Origin: Tricharina praecox
Lineage: Eukaryota
Direction of reading: 5' to 3'
Assembly (NCBI RefSeq): GCF_024521635.1
Contig: NW_026250404.1
Location: 186,001 to 250,000, forward strand
DNA length: 64,000 bases
In this document: positions 10,228-23,165 of the stretch, piece by piece
Numbering within the stretch: the stretch's first letter is position 1
Layout of the letters: each line of letters begins with the position of its first letter
The notes under the pieces: model-generated
The model's input: the letters and a program-made list of their open reading frames with translations, nothing else
Databases searched by the model: none
What the model was told of the DNA's origin: nothing
Made by a program: the position numbers and the translations under genes

Positions 10228-11122
10228 CGTTGTGTATAACTAGTGGTAGCAGTGGTCGGTTGTGGGAAGTTCGATCGTTTGGCTCGCGAGGCGGGGCAGC
10301 GAGGGGGCGGGGTAAAATTCAGTGGGATGGAAGCTGTGAAGGAGAAAGAAGTGATCGATGGGAAACAGCAGACAGAAGCTATGATATGTACCTATGCGTC
10401 TGGGGCAGTCTAATATGGAAACCACGGCCCCGATCGATGGCGCGGCATCGTACCGGCGAACACGGCACGCAACGGGGTGGGGCTGGCCATTCCTCAAAGC
10501 GGGGCGGACGCCCACAAGTTTTGGCGTTATGCGTGTTTGGCGTTCAAAGCGCTGATGTTGGTGATGGCTGATCCCTGCGCGGCCAAGTGCTAGCTTGGGT
10601 ACGTACTTGCAGGGTTGCGTGTTTCCCCGCTTAGGCCGGCCACGCCTATGGAGATACGCAATGTTTGTAAGGAAGCTGAACTGCATCATATGGCGGGTTC
10701 AAGGGAAGCGTCGAAGCGATTCCCAGCGCAAACAGGAATTAGTAGAAACATTCCAGGTCCACATATATTGGAAGGGGGGTGGCGGAGGGGAGGCAAGGAA
10801 CATCGTCAGCAGGATATACGGCATCAATGCCTGCCTTCTCGTTCAGACTACGATACAAGAGGAAGCCATAATGAGCAAATAATTATTTCACGGCAGTGGG
10901 TCTTATCTACAGATCGAGGCTGCTGCTACTCAGATCCCATATCATGCCAAACAAAAAGCAGAAGGAAAAAAACGAGAAGTCTCTACAAGCCATTTCAACG
11001 CCGGCGAAAAAACACCCCAGTATTATGTTGCTCAAAGAGAAAACCGTCGTGTCCAACTGAAAACGAAAAATCCATAAACAAAAAACGTACGGGGATAACT
11101 CCCAAAGCCCCCATGCAACCAT

Positions 11123-14100
11123 TTAATCTGCCAAAACCATTCTGAGCGCATTCAAAAAGTCGGGTCCAAGCTTGACAATCTCATGAACGACCGGCTTTTG
11201 CGGCTCGCCTGACCGTGCTTTGAGATGATCGGCATGACGCTTCCGTCTTTTGCGTTCAGTTGCGATCACATCACCCGTATTATCATCTTCCTCCGCTTCG
11301 GAATCGGTGTAATAGTCCTCATCCGCTAGAGAAGCCAAATCGTCCTGGGTCTGATTGTCAGTGAGACTGCTCGAAACGAATCCAGAGCACAGGGTAGCCA
11401 ATAAACTCACATCGGCAATTCCAAAGTCCTTGGGACTCAGCCCGCCAGGCGCCGTAGCCGTCCAGCCGTCCCTGCTCTTCGAATTGGCCGCGTCACCGCT
11501 GGCCATCTTCTGCCGGGTCTTGTCTTGATGCCACTTTCTGCGTCTTGCTTGCCAGTCGATCAAGGAATCGATTTCGGCCTTCGCCTTCTCACCGTCGATG
11601 GTTCCAGCCTTGACTGCCTGCTCGAATAGGAGGTTCATGTCCAGCTTGCCGCCTCCTTGGGGACCACGTCGCAAGAAAACCAAAATTTCCTCCAACCATC
11701 CCATCAACTTATCGAATAGGCCATCATCATGAATGTGCACTTCGTGGACAAACTTGTAGAAGTTGTCTTCGTGCCTGGCACACAGGTCGATGAAGGACTG
11801 GACTGTTTGATTGGGGTCCGTAGTCATCTCCTGTGACTGCGCTTTTTCGATCACGACGATCATGTCGTCTATGAAGACGGCAAAATCCGTTACCGAGTTG
11901 TACACGTTTGCCGACTTGTACACCCGAATGAGCGGCTCGTAGAAGATAGTGAAGAGATCACGGAACAATTGCAAGGTGACCGGCTACAGCATAACATGTA
12001 AGCGAAAGGTGTACGGTGGGGGAGAGAGAATAGATGCACCAACCTCTTCGATCATCGCTTGCATCATTTCCTTATCCCTCTGCCTGGTGTAAAGCTTCAG
12101 GAGCTGCTTCAGGTAGGCAAAGTACTGAGCATTGCTCTTGATCTCATCGTGTATCTGTTCATGAGACGTAAGCGGACGATTCACGCGCAAGCAAGTTCTT
12201 TCCACTCACGTTATCCACGGCTTGCGTGTATCCAACGTAGGAATTGAAAACCTTCTCGATCTGCTTGGGTTGTAGTTCCGCTCCGATCTCCTCACTCTGG
12301 AGTATCACAACCACCAAGTCGTTTCTCTCTTCTGCGGCTTGTAATCTGATGGCATCCTTGACCTCTTCGTCGGCCCTAGTGAACGCCTTGAGCTTCTCGC
12401 AAAGGATAGGATCGTCGATCTTCTCGATCAACGAGTCCACACTCTTCTGGATATGCTTGATTCCGTCACCGATGGCCATGGATAACACGCGCTGCATCAG
12501 CGATCGGCTCTTGAAAGGTGTGGCAAGGAATAGGTCGAGAACACCACTCATGACGGCAGCTGGATTTGCAATCCTGATGACATTCTTGAGAATCGTGTAC
12601 GGAATGAGGGAATGAATCCTCTTTCCTTGTGTGAAGAGTTCGGCGGAGTTGTCCTCAGCAAGGAATAGATGGTAGATGGTAGCCGCAACCTCTATCCGCA
12701 GCCACTCGGCGAATTTTCGGTATTGGATATCAAGATCCGCAAGTTTGTCCTTTTTGCGGATCTCACTAAACAGCTTGGTGAGGCCATCTGAGAGGTCCAG
12801 TCAGTCATGGAAAAGAAAAAGAAAATCGTGAGGGATCAGCGCGGTAGGACACATACTGCTCTCGACAATATCTTTCCTAAAGCTTTCCATGTAGACATCT
12901 AGTTCACGTGCCCTCTGTCGGGCAACCTCGTAGAACTTTCTCTGTTCTTCGAGCCGGATCTCATCCATGGCGCGCCTCCGGTCCACATCCAACTGTTCCT
13001 CCTCGTTGAGCTTGATGGGATTCTTGATGAGGAACGCCGTCATCGCTTCACTGTTGGCGACCTGCTTATCTTCCAAGAGCTGTCTGATGAAGGCCCGAAG
13101 GCTGACACGCTGATTCTCGCGCCAAAGCTTGATGGGTTGGTCCCTGGGCTCCGCAAGGGATGACCTGGAAGGATTGCGAGAAATAAAGCTACCGAATCCC
13201 AAGGCATTGCCCAGCGAGCTCGATTTCTTGTGGCCTGGCTGGGGCGTCGGGGCCCTCGTGGAGCCACCGGTGGATGTGGATGTGGACCCTTCGCTCTCGA
13301 ACGACGAAATCGAGGAAGCATCATCGCTGGTGATGCCTGCAGCGGAAAGATATCCGGATGTAGTGGCTTGGGAAGCCTTCATCTTGCGGGGAACAGGCGG
13401 CAAAACCTTACCGGGAAGTTCGTTTCGCAGCTGCGGGAATTAATGTCAGTCTACCTTTTTGCAATCCGGGGGAAAAATAATGATGCAGCCTTCCTTACCT
13501 GTCGATGTAATGACTGAAAGGCGCCATATCTCCGCCCTATCGTGAGATCCGGGTGTCCCTGACGTCTGACGCGCAATATGAATTCTGCATGAGTGTGGTA
13601 TCTGACGGTCCTCTTGATGCTGGTTTGGCGCACGCATGCCACATTCACATCCCATCCGTTGATCCAATGACCTTCAGGCGCGTTCGCCAGTAGAGCACTC
13701 TCCTGCGCATTCCTATCGGCGCCGCCTGCAGCCTCGATCTCATCGAAGGTAACTCTCTCCTCGTATCCGGAGGCCGTGGGGATCCCCGAATTCATCATCA
13801 GCTCGACGATTTTCTGACATTTCAGCGCCAGCTTGCGTCGCTTCGTCTCTTCGAGTCGGTCTTCGGAGGATGAGATACGTTTCAGCGCGAACGACTCCAG
13901 AAACTGAATATCGGGCAAACGGAGCGACAATCAGCTGGCGATCGACGGGACGAGCAACAATCTCACGGCGAAGAGTTTGCACGCACCACTTGCAGTCGGT
14001 CCTGCCAGAATTCCTTCTCCTTCGCTTTGTCGAGGAACGGAAAGTTCCGCAAATGGTTCACGAAGATATATCGGAGGATGGGAAGCTCGCTATCGACCGG

Positions 14101-14390
14101 CGCTACCTCGCCGAGGGGACTCTGGAACGGTGCGCCGAAACGCTGGAGGGCGGTAGGAGAGTTAAGCTCGCTGATCTCGAATTGCGACTGCCGCGAGATG
14201 AGTTCGCGCTTGAGGTCTGAGTTTGAGTTAGTTTCAGCTCGACGTTGAGATGACGATGGCGAGCAAAGAAAGCGGGGTACGTCGCTTGTGGGGGAAACCT
14301 ACAGTGCTCCTGCTTCCCTGTGAGCACGCGACCGGTGTCGGTGACCGATAAGGTTGAGATCCCAAGAGCTGGGGCGAGTGAGTCCGACAT
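11123..14390 (-). CDS. PXB + PX + DUF3818 protein (yeast YPR097W/LEC1-like), about 8 exons
   Basis: Splicing 14302-14217 restores QEHYLKRELI (PXB). PX-like RRYGAFQSLHRQLRNELPGKVLPP and LWRENQRVSLRAF. DUF3818-like LFRDLFTIFYEPLIRVYKSANV and FYKFVHEVH. Canonical introns are visible between the ORF pieces. Confidence 0.9.
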
Positions 14391-17300
14391 CGTCTTTCTA
14401 TACTGTGGATAGCTGCGAAGCTACCGTCGCAGTAGAAGTCGATGTTGCAGACTTCGGAGTCAACGTTTGGAGGGGAGCTTGGGTCGCCAAACGACAGGAT
14501 CTGCGTGTACGAGGTTCGAGGATGGGATAGTTACTACTTCTGGCGGACGACGACGAGCGGGGGGAGAGGCGATGGAAAAGATGCTCTCGGTAGTGCACTC
14601 TATATAGGTCAAGTGAGAGAGGGAAGAAGAAAGGATGTTTGATTGGGCAAGAGGGCCGTCTCAAGTTGTCCTGTCGAGGCGCGCGTGAAACCGATGCTTG
14701 TTGGGTTGGACTCGTTAGGCTGGTTTGGGAGGTTGAACCTGCATGACGTACACCCACGCACATCCATGACCCCGCCGCCATCCACATATAACTGCAGCAC
14801 TGCGCCTCCGACCAAGCCGTACAATCTGCTTTTTTGGCCATGCGCTCTGAGTGCTTTCCAGCATGGTCTCCCGATGCCGAAGTCACCCGCTGTGGCTGCA
14901 CCGATTACCGTACTAGTGTCGCGGTAATAATGTCGCACTTTTGTTTTCCATTTCCAACGCCCGACTCGTTCCTCCATGATGACGACGTGTTGGAGAAGGA
15001 GAAAGCGCAGTATTGTTGGTAGTCTCCGTTGGTATTCCGTAGGACGTAGGTCGATAAGCAGTTGCCAGTCAGCCTCCCCGCTGACATCACTGGCCACTGC
15101 CTACCCAGGCAGGCAGTCGATCGAGCTCATCCCCGTGGACATCCAGGCCTTTTCGACATCAGCACAGCATGTAGGTATGTACCGAGATCCAGGTTGTCTG
15201 GAAGGCAGTTAATGCAGTGCGTCCAGAGAAAAGAATGGTGAGAAACATACCTTCAAGTCCTCCGAGCCTCACCGGTCCTTTCACCTTCACCGGCAGGAAT
15301 TCGGCGGTGTGTTACGGTGATTCCGCCCGAGCCTGTCTCGTTAACTTTAGGTGTGTTGCTTTGTCGAACAGGGTTAACTACGCGGTTCTCCGGGATGCCG
15401 AGTCTTACTCTGGAGCAGAGTAGTTGCTGGCACCAGACCGTATTCGGAAAGTAGCCGGCCGAAGCTAAGCCAAAGCCAGTCCGCAGGAGAACGGCGCCGT
15501 ACGTACGGGGATAAGTCGGTAAGTACGGGACTTAGATACCGAATTGAAGGTTCGACCGAATTAAAGGTTCAGCCGTTTACTGCCAACTATGGCTGGCTTC
15601 CGAGCATGTACGGTAAGCTTAAAATAGGGATGTATGGCTGTGCAGAGTGCACGCGGCACGCCTTACCACGAATCCAGGAGATCGGTGCTGCACATGGCCA
15701 ATCCTTTGCAGGCAGAGATCGGATTACGCACGACATCGATATCACAGCCTCTATGCATAACTTCAGAATGGAGTATGTGGGTATACTAGTACACTAGCGA
15801 AATTCGGTCGGAGCTTGGATTCTAGTCTCAATCTGTCACCTTTGCCGAGCCCCTCCTGTGTTCTTCCGGTGTAGCTGTTGTTTCTGCTACTACCGTAGCG
15901 GATGTTTCGTTTGACTCGGCAGAGATACGGATACGGCGGCTGGCTGGTAGGCTGTGCTTCAACGGCGCCGAGATCAATCCAGACAGCATGGAGGACGTGA
16001 AGCGGGACCTTCCGTCCTTCCGCCGATTTCTGCCCTGTCTATCCGTGTGTTACATATTCGTGTTTATTCGTCGGTGAAGTAGACATATGCACATATACTG
16101 ACAGTCGAAACGACACGATTACATACCACGCACGCCAAACGACCCACTGCATGATCTCCAGCCGTCCAAGGCGATCTGGCAGTGTTTTCGTGCAGGGCCG
16201 CGTAAGCCTAGCAAGTCTGGTCCGACTCCAAGCCCTTGGGACGTGGAATGAAGAGATGTAGCGTGTAGCGTGGTGCCGCAGGCGAATCATTGGCAGCACT
16301 AGTAGTATACTCGGCATCCCGTCATCGTGACCTTTCTCACGATCCGATGCTGCGGTTGGACCCGTTATCGCCGGGAAAACAACTTGGATATCGACGAGGA
16401 TGTGCTGGCGTGCTGCAAATCGTCATGAAGTGTATATACACACGGTGACACAGTAAATATGGTACATAGACGCCCCGCCAACTCGGAACATGTCGACAGA
16501 GATTAATTGGGCGGCTTAGCCCCCCCTCTAGCTCGCCCGTAGGTATTGATGTCTTGCCCAGATCTTGGAGAACGACTATCTACTATTCTAGTTAGTGCGC
16601 AATCTCATCCATGTGACATGTAGCTCGCCCATAAGGCTGGGCCCCGCCAAACCAACCTTGTCCTGACCAATCGGCAATCTGACCGGAGCACTCGGTATCC
16701 CGGAATCGGCACCTCAGAGTACCTAGAGTACGTACGCACGCTTGCCGAAATGCCGAGATGGGACTGCGCGCAGTTGCACGCGGCTTGGCCTGGCTCCCCA
16801 ATCATCAATGGAGGCGGCAGTGTTAGAGAGATGCCTATCTGACGGTTGTAACCGATATGCACCAGGGGAATCCATCAGCAGAAATTCGAAATTGCTTCCG
16901 ACGGGGTTCGAACGACTCTGAGAGGTGATGCCAGCGTCTTTGAGGTTCCAATAATATATGGTCGGTTCAAAGTGTTTGGAGGCAGTGTTACAGAGTGCCG
17001 ATAGTTCTGGGGTCGCATTGGGGCAGCAGTGTTCGATCGGGTAGCGTCCTGTTTGAATATCAGCGTTGGTGTCGAAGCGTGGAACAGTGGTGGTACATAC
17101 CGGGAGTTGTTGAACTCTTACCTCCGTTACGACAGCAACCACTTCCGCACTTCCATTCCACTCTGCAGCCCACCTCCCCAGCCTCAGCCCTCGACCGCAT
17201 ACTCTCACTCAAGGAGATGCCTCCGCCAAGGACAGCGGATATCTAGAACCGGACGGAACTTCGGTATACCCCCTTGTGCACACCAAGTTCCTCCAACTCG

Positions 17301-17879
17301 ATCAATTATCCATCCACATTGCACGCGTCCGGCCGGTGGATTATGCTACCACCGGGGGCGACCAACGACTGAAGTCTGGACAATGGAACCTCACGGCATA
17401 GCTCCGGTGAAAACGCGAATCTTCGATCTCGAGAGTCGTGGTTGCAGATTGCTCGTCATGCGGATCGAGATTGAGAATGCTGGCAGTGGACGTCGCCGTG
17501 TTCTCGGAAGTATCATAGTATGTAAGTACATAACGTATCCGATGCCATTCAGGGTTGGCTCGGGTCCTCGGGATCGAAAACAGCCGAGAGCGGGGAGCAG
17601 AGGGCCACCGATTCCGACTCCGCCAAACCAGACCGTACCCGACTCGAGAAGACCCATCAAGCAGCGGGGCCGGCCCCGGAAGAGTCAGTCCATCGCTGCC
17701 ACTCTGAAGATGGGTGGGTCGTAACTCCAACAAAGGAGCATGGGGAATACAGAGGTGAGCCGAGAAGTGTGGTTTCTCTCGGACCCCAAGTTTGCTGATC
17801 GTTGTCTGCCGGTGTGTACTTCTGAAGTCTAGTTGGAATTCGGCTGACGGAGGAGATGGTTGGGCTTCCTGACGAACGA

Positions 17880-18170
17880 TAATCATGTAGTGAGAACCCA
17901 AAAACGGGCGAGGGACCAAAACGTGATCAATTGGAAAAGAATTCTCTGATGATGATAATGGTGTGGATAATGTACCAGATGTGGGTACAGATGGAGACCG
18001 ATGCATGTACAAGAGACCGACCCACGAACAGTGACAACAGAAACAATTCAACGTTCAACGACCGCATCGAGTCTGCATCGGGTCCCACCTCCATGACATA
18101 TAGGTCCCACCTGGTCTCAACAAGGTCTTCTCTCTCCGGTACTCATCGATGACGCCAAGCTGCATCTTCC
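17880..18170 (+). repeat. Dispersed repeat, copy A (inverted homologue at about 44130-44450)
   Basis: GAAACAATTCAACGTTCAACGAC(C/T)GCAT...TCGGGTCCCACCTCC and flanking blocks are shared with the minus strand of 44130-44450. The ORF track shows NSDNRNNSTFND-I-SASGPTS---RSH in both. Confidence 0.85.
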
Positions 18171-19054
18171 TTCACGCCCCTCAGTAGCAGACTCGCGACC
18201 AAGATGTACTTACCCAATTGATTCAGCAAGACGAAGCATTCCAATTTCCAAGTAGAATTCCTAGTATGATATGTACACGAATCAGTAATCCGTCCGCCAC
18301 TAGAGTGGCGTTCGTCTGCACTCCAAGAGTCTACGAACCTGGCTTTACCCCTATACTAAACATGGAAGTGCCGGTGGAGTTCTCTAGGGGCGATCTCCCA
18401 CCGCCAACGAAACCTCGAAGCGAGCTTTATATACCCGGTACCTGCTCGGATAACTTTAACACAACCACGACGGAGCGAATCCCGCTCCGCACTCTGCATC
18501 ATATCTAGGGGTATGCTTCGTCGATGAGTCGATGACTGGTGCGTCTCATCGGAACCGTGATACCTAACTACGCCGTACATACTTACGCGTGAGTTTGGAC
18601 CTTTGTCGATGTCGCTTAAGTACACGTACGACACGGTATATCGATCGAGTCGGCCACTGAGGTATCGGATAGGCACAGCATTTGCACAAAATATCACCCA
18701 TTCCATTGTTCGATCAGGTACTATTTTGGGGTCGATCTATCTACCTACCTGTACACACGTCACTCGCGACCGCCGGGCAGTGGGCATTAGTGAATAGTTT
18801 GAGCGCCTACATAGCCGGAGTACTGGTGCAGGCACTTACTCACCTATGTGCTTTGCTGCCGAGCACCGGAACGTCTTGCCAGGCAACTAGACAGCTAGAC
18901 AGCCAGAGGCGGTATCGCGATGATTTCTTGCTGGGGCTCGACATGGCACATGGCAGAGGTAAGTACGGCAAAAAGGGGTGGTGGTGATGATGACCCTAGG
19001 AGTGGCACCCACCACTTCATAATTTTCGAATTCAAGTATCCAGCACGGAAAAAA

Positions 19055-19135
19055 CCCCGCGTGGTCTAGTGGTTAAGTCCACGCAATCGGCGAGGGGAGC
19101 TGAGAGAAAGGTTCCGGTTCAATGCAGGCCAAAGA
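19055..19135 (+). pseudogene. Possible degenerate tRNA-derived sequence or SINE head
   Basis: GTGGTCTAGTGGTTAAG (tRNA D-arm/A-box-like), then GGTTCAAT (degenerate B-box) about 50 nt later. No complete cloverleaf. Confidence 0.3.
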
Positions 19136-19544
19136 CCTTTCTATCCAGCTCCTGGGGTTTCCAAGCCACCCACCGAGGGTGGTGATGGCTTTTGTTTTTG
19201 TTTTTTTGGCAAGGCGGGTGGAGCACTGGATGTCACTCGGTAGGATCATGTGACACGCCTTACGCTGCTGGCTGCTGGCTGTGGAGGCGAGAATCCAATT
19301 ACCTGCGATAAAACGCCTACTGACCCGGATTCGCCCAAGTAAACATTGCAACCTGTATACTATGAGGAAAAAAGTCCGATTTACATACAAGCAGAAGCCT
19401 GAATGTCTCAGCTCAGCCGCACCGACCGGGGGGTACCGGTATTTCCTACACTCCTCCTCATTCAAAGCCGTGATCGATGGCATCTCTCCACCGTCCCACC
19501 AAACAACCAGATCCTCTCAAGACTCACAGAGCATTCGTTTCGGG

Positions 19545-19663
19545 GAAGAAACACCGCCGGCAAACCCGCGGAAACAAAACGGAAACAAAACAGAAACAGA
19601 AACAGACACGGTAACAAAAACAGAAACGGTAACAAAAACAGAAACGATAGAACCAAGCCCCTG
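19545..19663 (+). repeat. AAAC(A/G)G-rich tandem array ending in CAAGCCCCTG
   Basis: GAAACAAAACGGAAACAAAACAGAAACAGAAACAG and two copies of CGGTAACAAAAACAGAAACG. Confidence 0.7.
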
Positions 19664-20770
19664 CATACACGCAATATTTACAAAAAAAAAGTAGGGTTCG
19701 AGTTGTCGGTTGTGCGCTGTCGATCGTGGATGCCTGGACCGGACGTGGACACTGCTCGAGCCTCGAGCGGAACCGAGTGGATTATCCCCCGACGAAGCCA
19801 CGCAATCCGCAAGGCTCGCCAATAGTTAACATGACTGCGGAGTTGGCAGGACTCAAGGAGTGGGAACTTTTTCTCTGCTGGGAAAACGTCTCATCAATGT
19901 CATTGGAGCTCTGGTAGAGTATATGCCAGCCCCCCGCACTGCGTCGTGGGAGTTCCACCTGTCTTTCCCTACCGTATTGTCCTGTCCTCTCTCGACTCTC
20001 ACTCGATGTTCTGTATGTACACAAGTACACATACTCAATCCATAGCTCTCTAGCAGCTGGGCGTCACTGTCTCTTTGCTGCGGTATTATCATCAGCGTAA
20101 CCTGCTATCGTACGCATTGAGAGGCCCGAAACAGGGGGGTTCGAGAAAGAGAAATGAGTAAATTGTAGAAGAGCGTCATATCAGCCGGAAGCTCGAGAGA
20201 ACGTAAGAGATCGCGACACAGAAAAAGTAGCGCACAGAAACAACAAGTGATCAGACTGAGATGCAGAAAGACAGACCGACAGAAGAGTGAGTAAGAGATA
20301 GATGCAGAGAGTAAGAGATAGATGCAGAGAGAAAAGAGAACAGCGACCTCCTTTTTACATAAGAGTGGCCGGAGAAAACACGTTTGGCCGACTGTATCGG
20401 GCCGGCTGGGGGCTCGACGACGATGGCAACGGACGGAAACAATCACGCAAAAAGACAACTGGTTGCTACAGGCCTCAAGTCTCTCAGTATCGAGTCTGGT
20501 GGTTGAGGCTCTACAACAATGCAGACTGAATTGTTACCGTACTCTAGAGCGTGTAATCGATCAAGTAAAACGGAGTGCTGTGCTTTCAGCCACCAAGATT
20601 GTCATTGGCGTTTCACGAATGCATCCCCTACCTACCGCCGACCGGTGGTGTAAGTACTGCTTCCCGGCCCCAGGCACAACTGAATATTCCCCAGGCACAA
20701 CTGGTTGTGCCTTGGGCACACTGATCGAACAGTACCGTATATTCTACATATCCTCCCCCAGTTCCGTTCC

Positions 20771-22694
20771 ATGTCAAGAATCAAAATCAAAAATATTCAT
20801 ATAGACGGTGGAGACTCCAGACGACAGGAACATCATCCGCCGTTAACCATTCCTGCCAACTGTGCACCGTCGTTCGCCGCGACCTCCTCACCTTCTTACG
20901 CACTTACCTCAGAGTCTCCGAATAGACACGATAGACACGATAGCTACGATAGCTACGATAGCTACGCTGGACTGGCAGTATGGCGCCGTTGAAGGTGAAA
21001 GCCCTATCGCACCCCAGTTCCAACTTCCCAACCCAACGGTGCCTGTGCAACCGGAAGCCTGGCGTATTGATTTGAGTCTGTACTCTACGCAGAGCATCAC
21101 CGGTACGGGACGAGGCTCCAACAGAGCGGTAAGTACCAAGTGCTGGTGAGCATCGATAATCGCTCCGCTGATCTAGCTGCGCACTCAAGAACATCACGAC
21201 GGATCCCGCCGGGAGCGCTCTCGCCGATCCCCACTCGCCCACAAAGGCCTACGCCGTATCTAGAAGACGGCCTGTCGTCGTGAGTGCACTTCTCCCGTGT
21301 CTTCGTTTCCGTCCGAGTTCGGAGTTGGCGACGTGCGCCAGACAGGCTGACAGTTCCGGTGGAACGGCCACAGCCTTACTACTACCGCCCGAAGTTTGGC
21401 AAAACCTACCTGCCCTGGGCACCGCTATCCCAGCGATGCAAGAACATCAACTCGATCCTGCGACGCTACGATACCGTGTTCTCGGGCGACGATGCCGCCT
21501 CCGTCGTCGTCGCCGCCGGTAGCGAGTCGCTAGCCAACAGAACCCAACCCTGGCTGTTGACGGACCCAACCGTACCAGTAACGGTGCGTACCCAACCGCG
21601 CTCCGAGTTTCCGTCCCCGCCCTCGGTCCTGGGAAAGCGGAAACGCGGGGTTCTGGGATGTGCATGGCACGGGAATTTCCGGACGGGGAAGCGGGATCAC
21701 CCGTGCGCGCTCGTCGACTTCGATACGTTGAGCGAGCAGATGTTAGTTTCCGGAGGTCCTATTTGTCGCCGGGAGCTAACGCGCCCACCACAGCGCGCAT
21801 GTCAAGGACGTGCACGACGACTACGTGTGTCCGTTCTGCGAGAAGCATGTCGCTTGCGATGATGAGGGCCAGTACCGATTACTGGACGATGGCTACACGA
21901 TCAAACGGATCGAGGACATGGTGACTACCTCCCCGAAAGGCATGAGGTCAGTTGATCGCCCGCTGGGTCCGAGCGCAACCGCGGCGTCTAGCTAAGCTAA
22001 TCGCCATGCAGAGACCACGTCCTCCGCAAGCACTGCCCCTCGTACCGGTGTCCGATGGACGACTGCACGAGTGTGCTAGGCACGTGGACGGACTTCAAGA
22101 AACATCTGAAGAAGCAGCACAACGTCAGCGATGTGAACGCCGGAGCATATAGGACGTGCCGCGGCAATAGCTCGCAAGAGCTGCTAACGTTCGTTTCCAA
22201 CATCCAGACAGCCAAGGATAAGGCGGCGATCAGGGAAATTGCGTTCCCAAATGGCGCGGACGTCCCACTCTTCGACGATGCGGTCCGCCCGAGAATCGGC
22301 TGTGCGGGGTTTCCCCCTTCATCCTCCCCATGACTTTTGCTTACCCGTGTGTACACACACAGTCGCCCCGAGAGCTCCACCGTCGGGCACTCACGCCAAC
22401 GCACCCGCCATCCCACGGCGCCAGCAGCCCCCACCCGAGCCTTTGGAGACTCCACACTCCAGCCCGCCACTGGCGGCTACTGCAGCACATGCACAAACGC
22501 CAGCTGACTCGGGGTTCCTCTGTGCGGGCGAATGTCCGGACGTCACAGTCGCAGCCCGGCCCGAAGACGGCGCAGAGAATTCCCGGTTCGCTAGCTTCTG
22601 CAGAACCTCCAGCGATGCTAGTTCGCAGGGTTCGATGGGTTCGCTGTTGGAATGGATACAAAATTTGCCGTCGTGTGAGCTCTCACAAACGTAG
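20771..22694 (+). CDS. Spliced triple C2H2 zinc-finger protein (paralog 1); 5' end uncertain, possibly pseudogenising
   Basis: Introns 21742-21793 and 21946-22011 restore FDTLSEQI|AHVKDVH, CPFC...MR|DHVLRKH and CPMDDC...FKKHLKKQH. A weaker intron at 22302-22362 leads to the stop at 22694. The core (21390-22330) is well supported; the N-terminal exons were not resolved. Confidence 0.7.
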
Positions 22695-22705
22695 ACGACG
22701 TAGAG

Positions 22706-23165
22706 CGGCGAGGAGGAGGAGGATGAGGAGGAGGAGGAGATGTATGAAGGGAGGAGGAGGGAGGAGGAGGAGGAGGATTATGGGGATAGGGAGGAGGAGG
22801 ATGATGGGGGTGAGGAGGAGGATGAAGATGAGGGGGTTGAGGATGAGGATGAGGAGGCGGATGAGCAGGGTGAGGAGGATGATGGGGGCGAGGAGGAGGA
22901 GGAGGAGGATGAGGAGGATGAGGAGGAGGATGAGCAGGGTGAGGAGGATGGGCAGGATGAGGAGGATGAGGAGGATGAGGAGGATGATGGGGGCGAGGAG
23001 GAGGATGAGGAGGAGGATGAGTAGGGTGAGGAGGATGAGCAGGATGAGGAGGAGGAGGAGGATGAGGATGATGGGATGAGGATGAGGTGGATGAGGAGGA
23101 TAAGGAGAATAAGGATGAGGATGAGGTGGATGAGAAGGAAGAAGAGGATGAGGATGAGGATGAGA
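22706..23165 (+). repeat. GAG/GAT triplet low-complexity tract (E/D-coding in the frame of the zinc-finger gene)
   Basis: About 460 nt of GAG/GAT/GGG triplets with recurring GAG CAG GGT GAG GAG GAT units. Confidence 0.9.
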
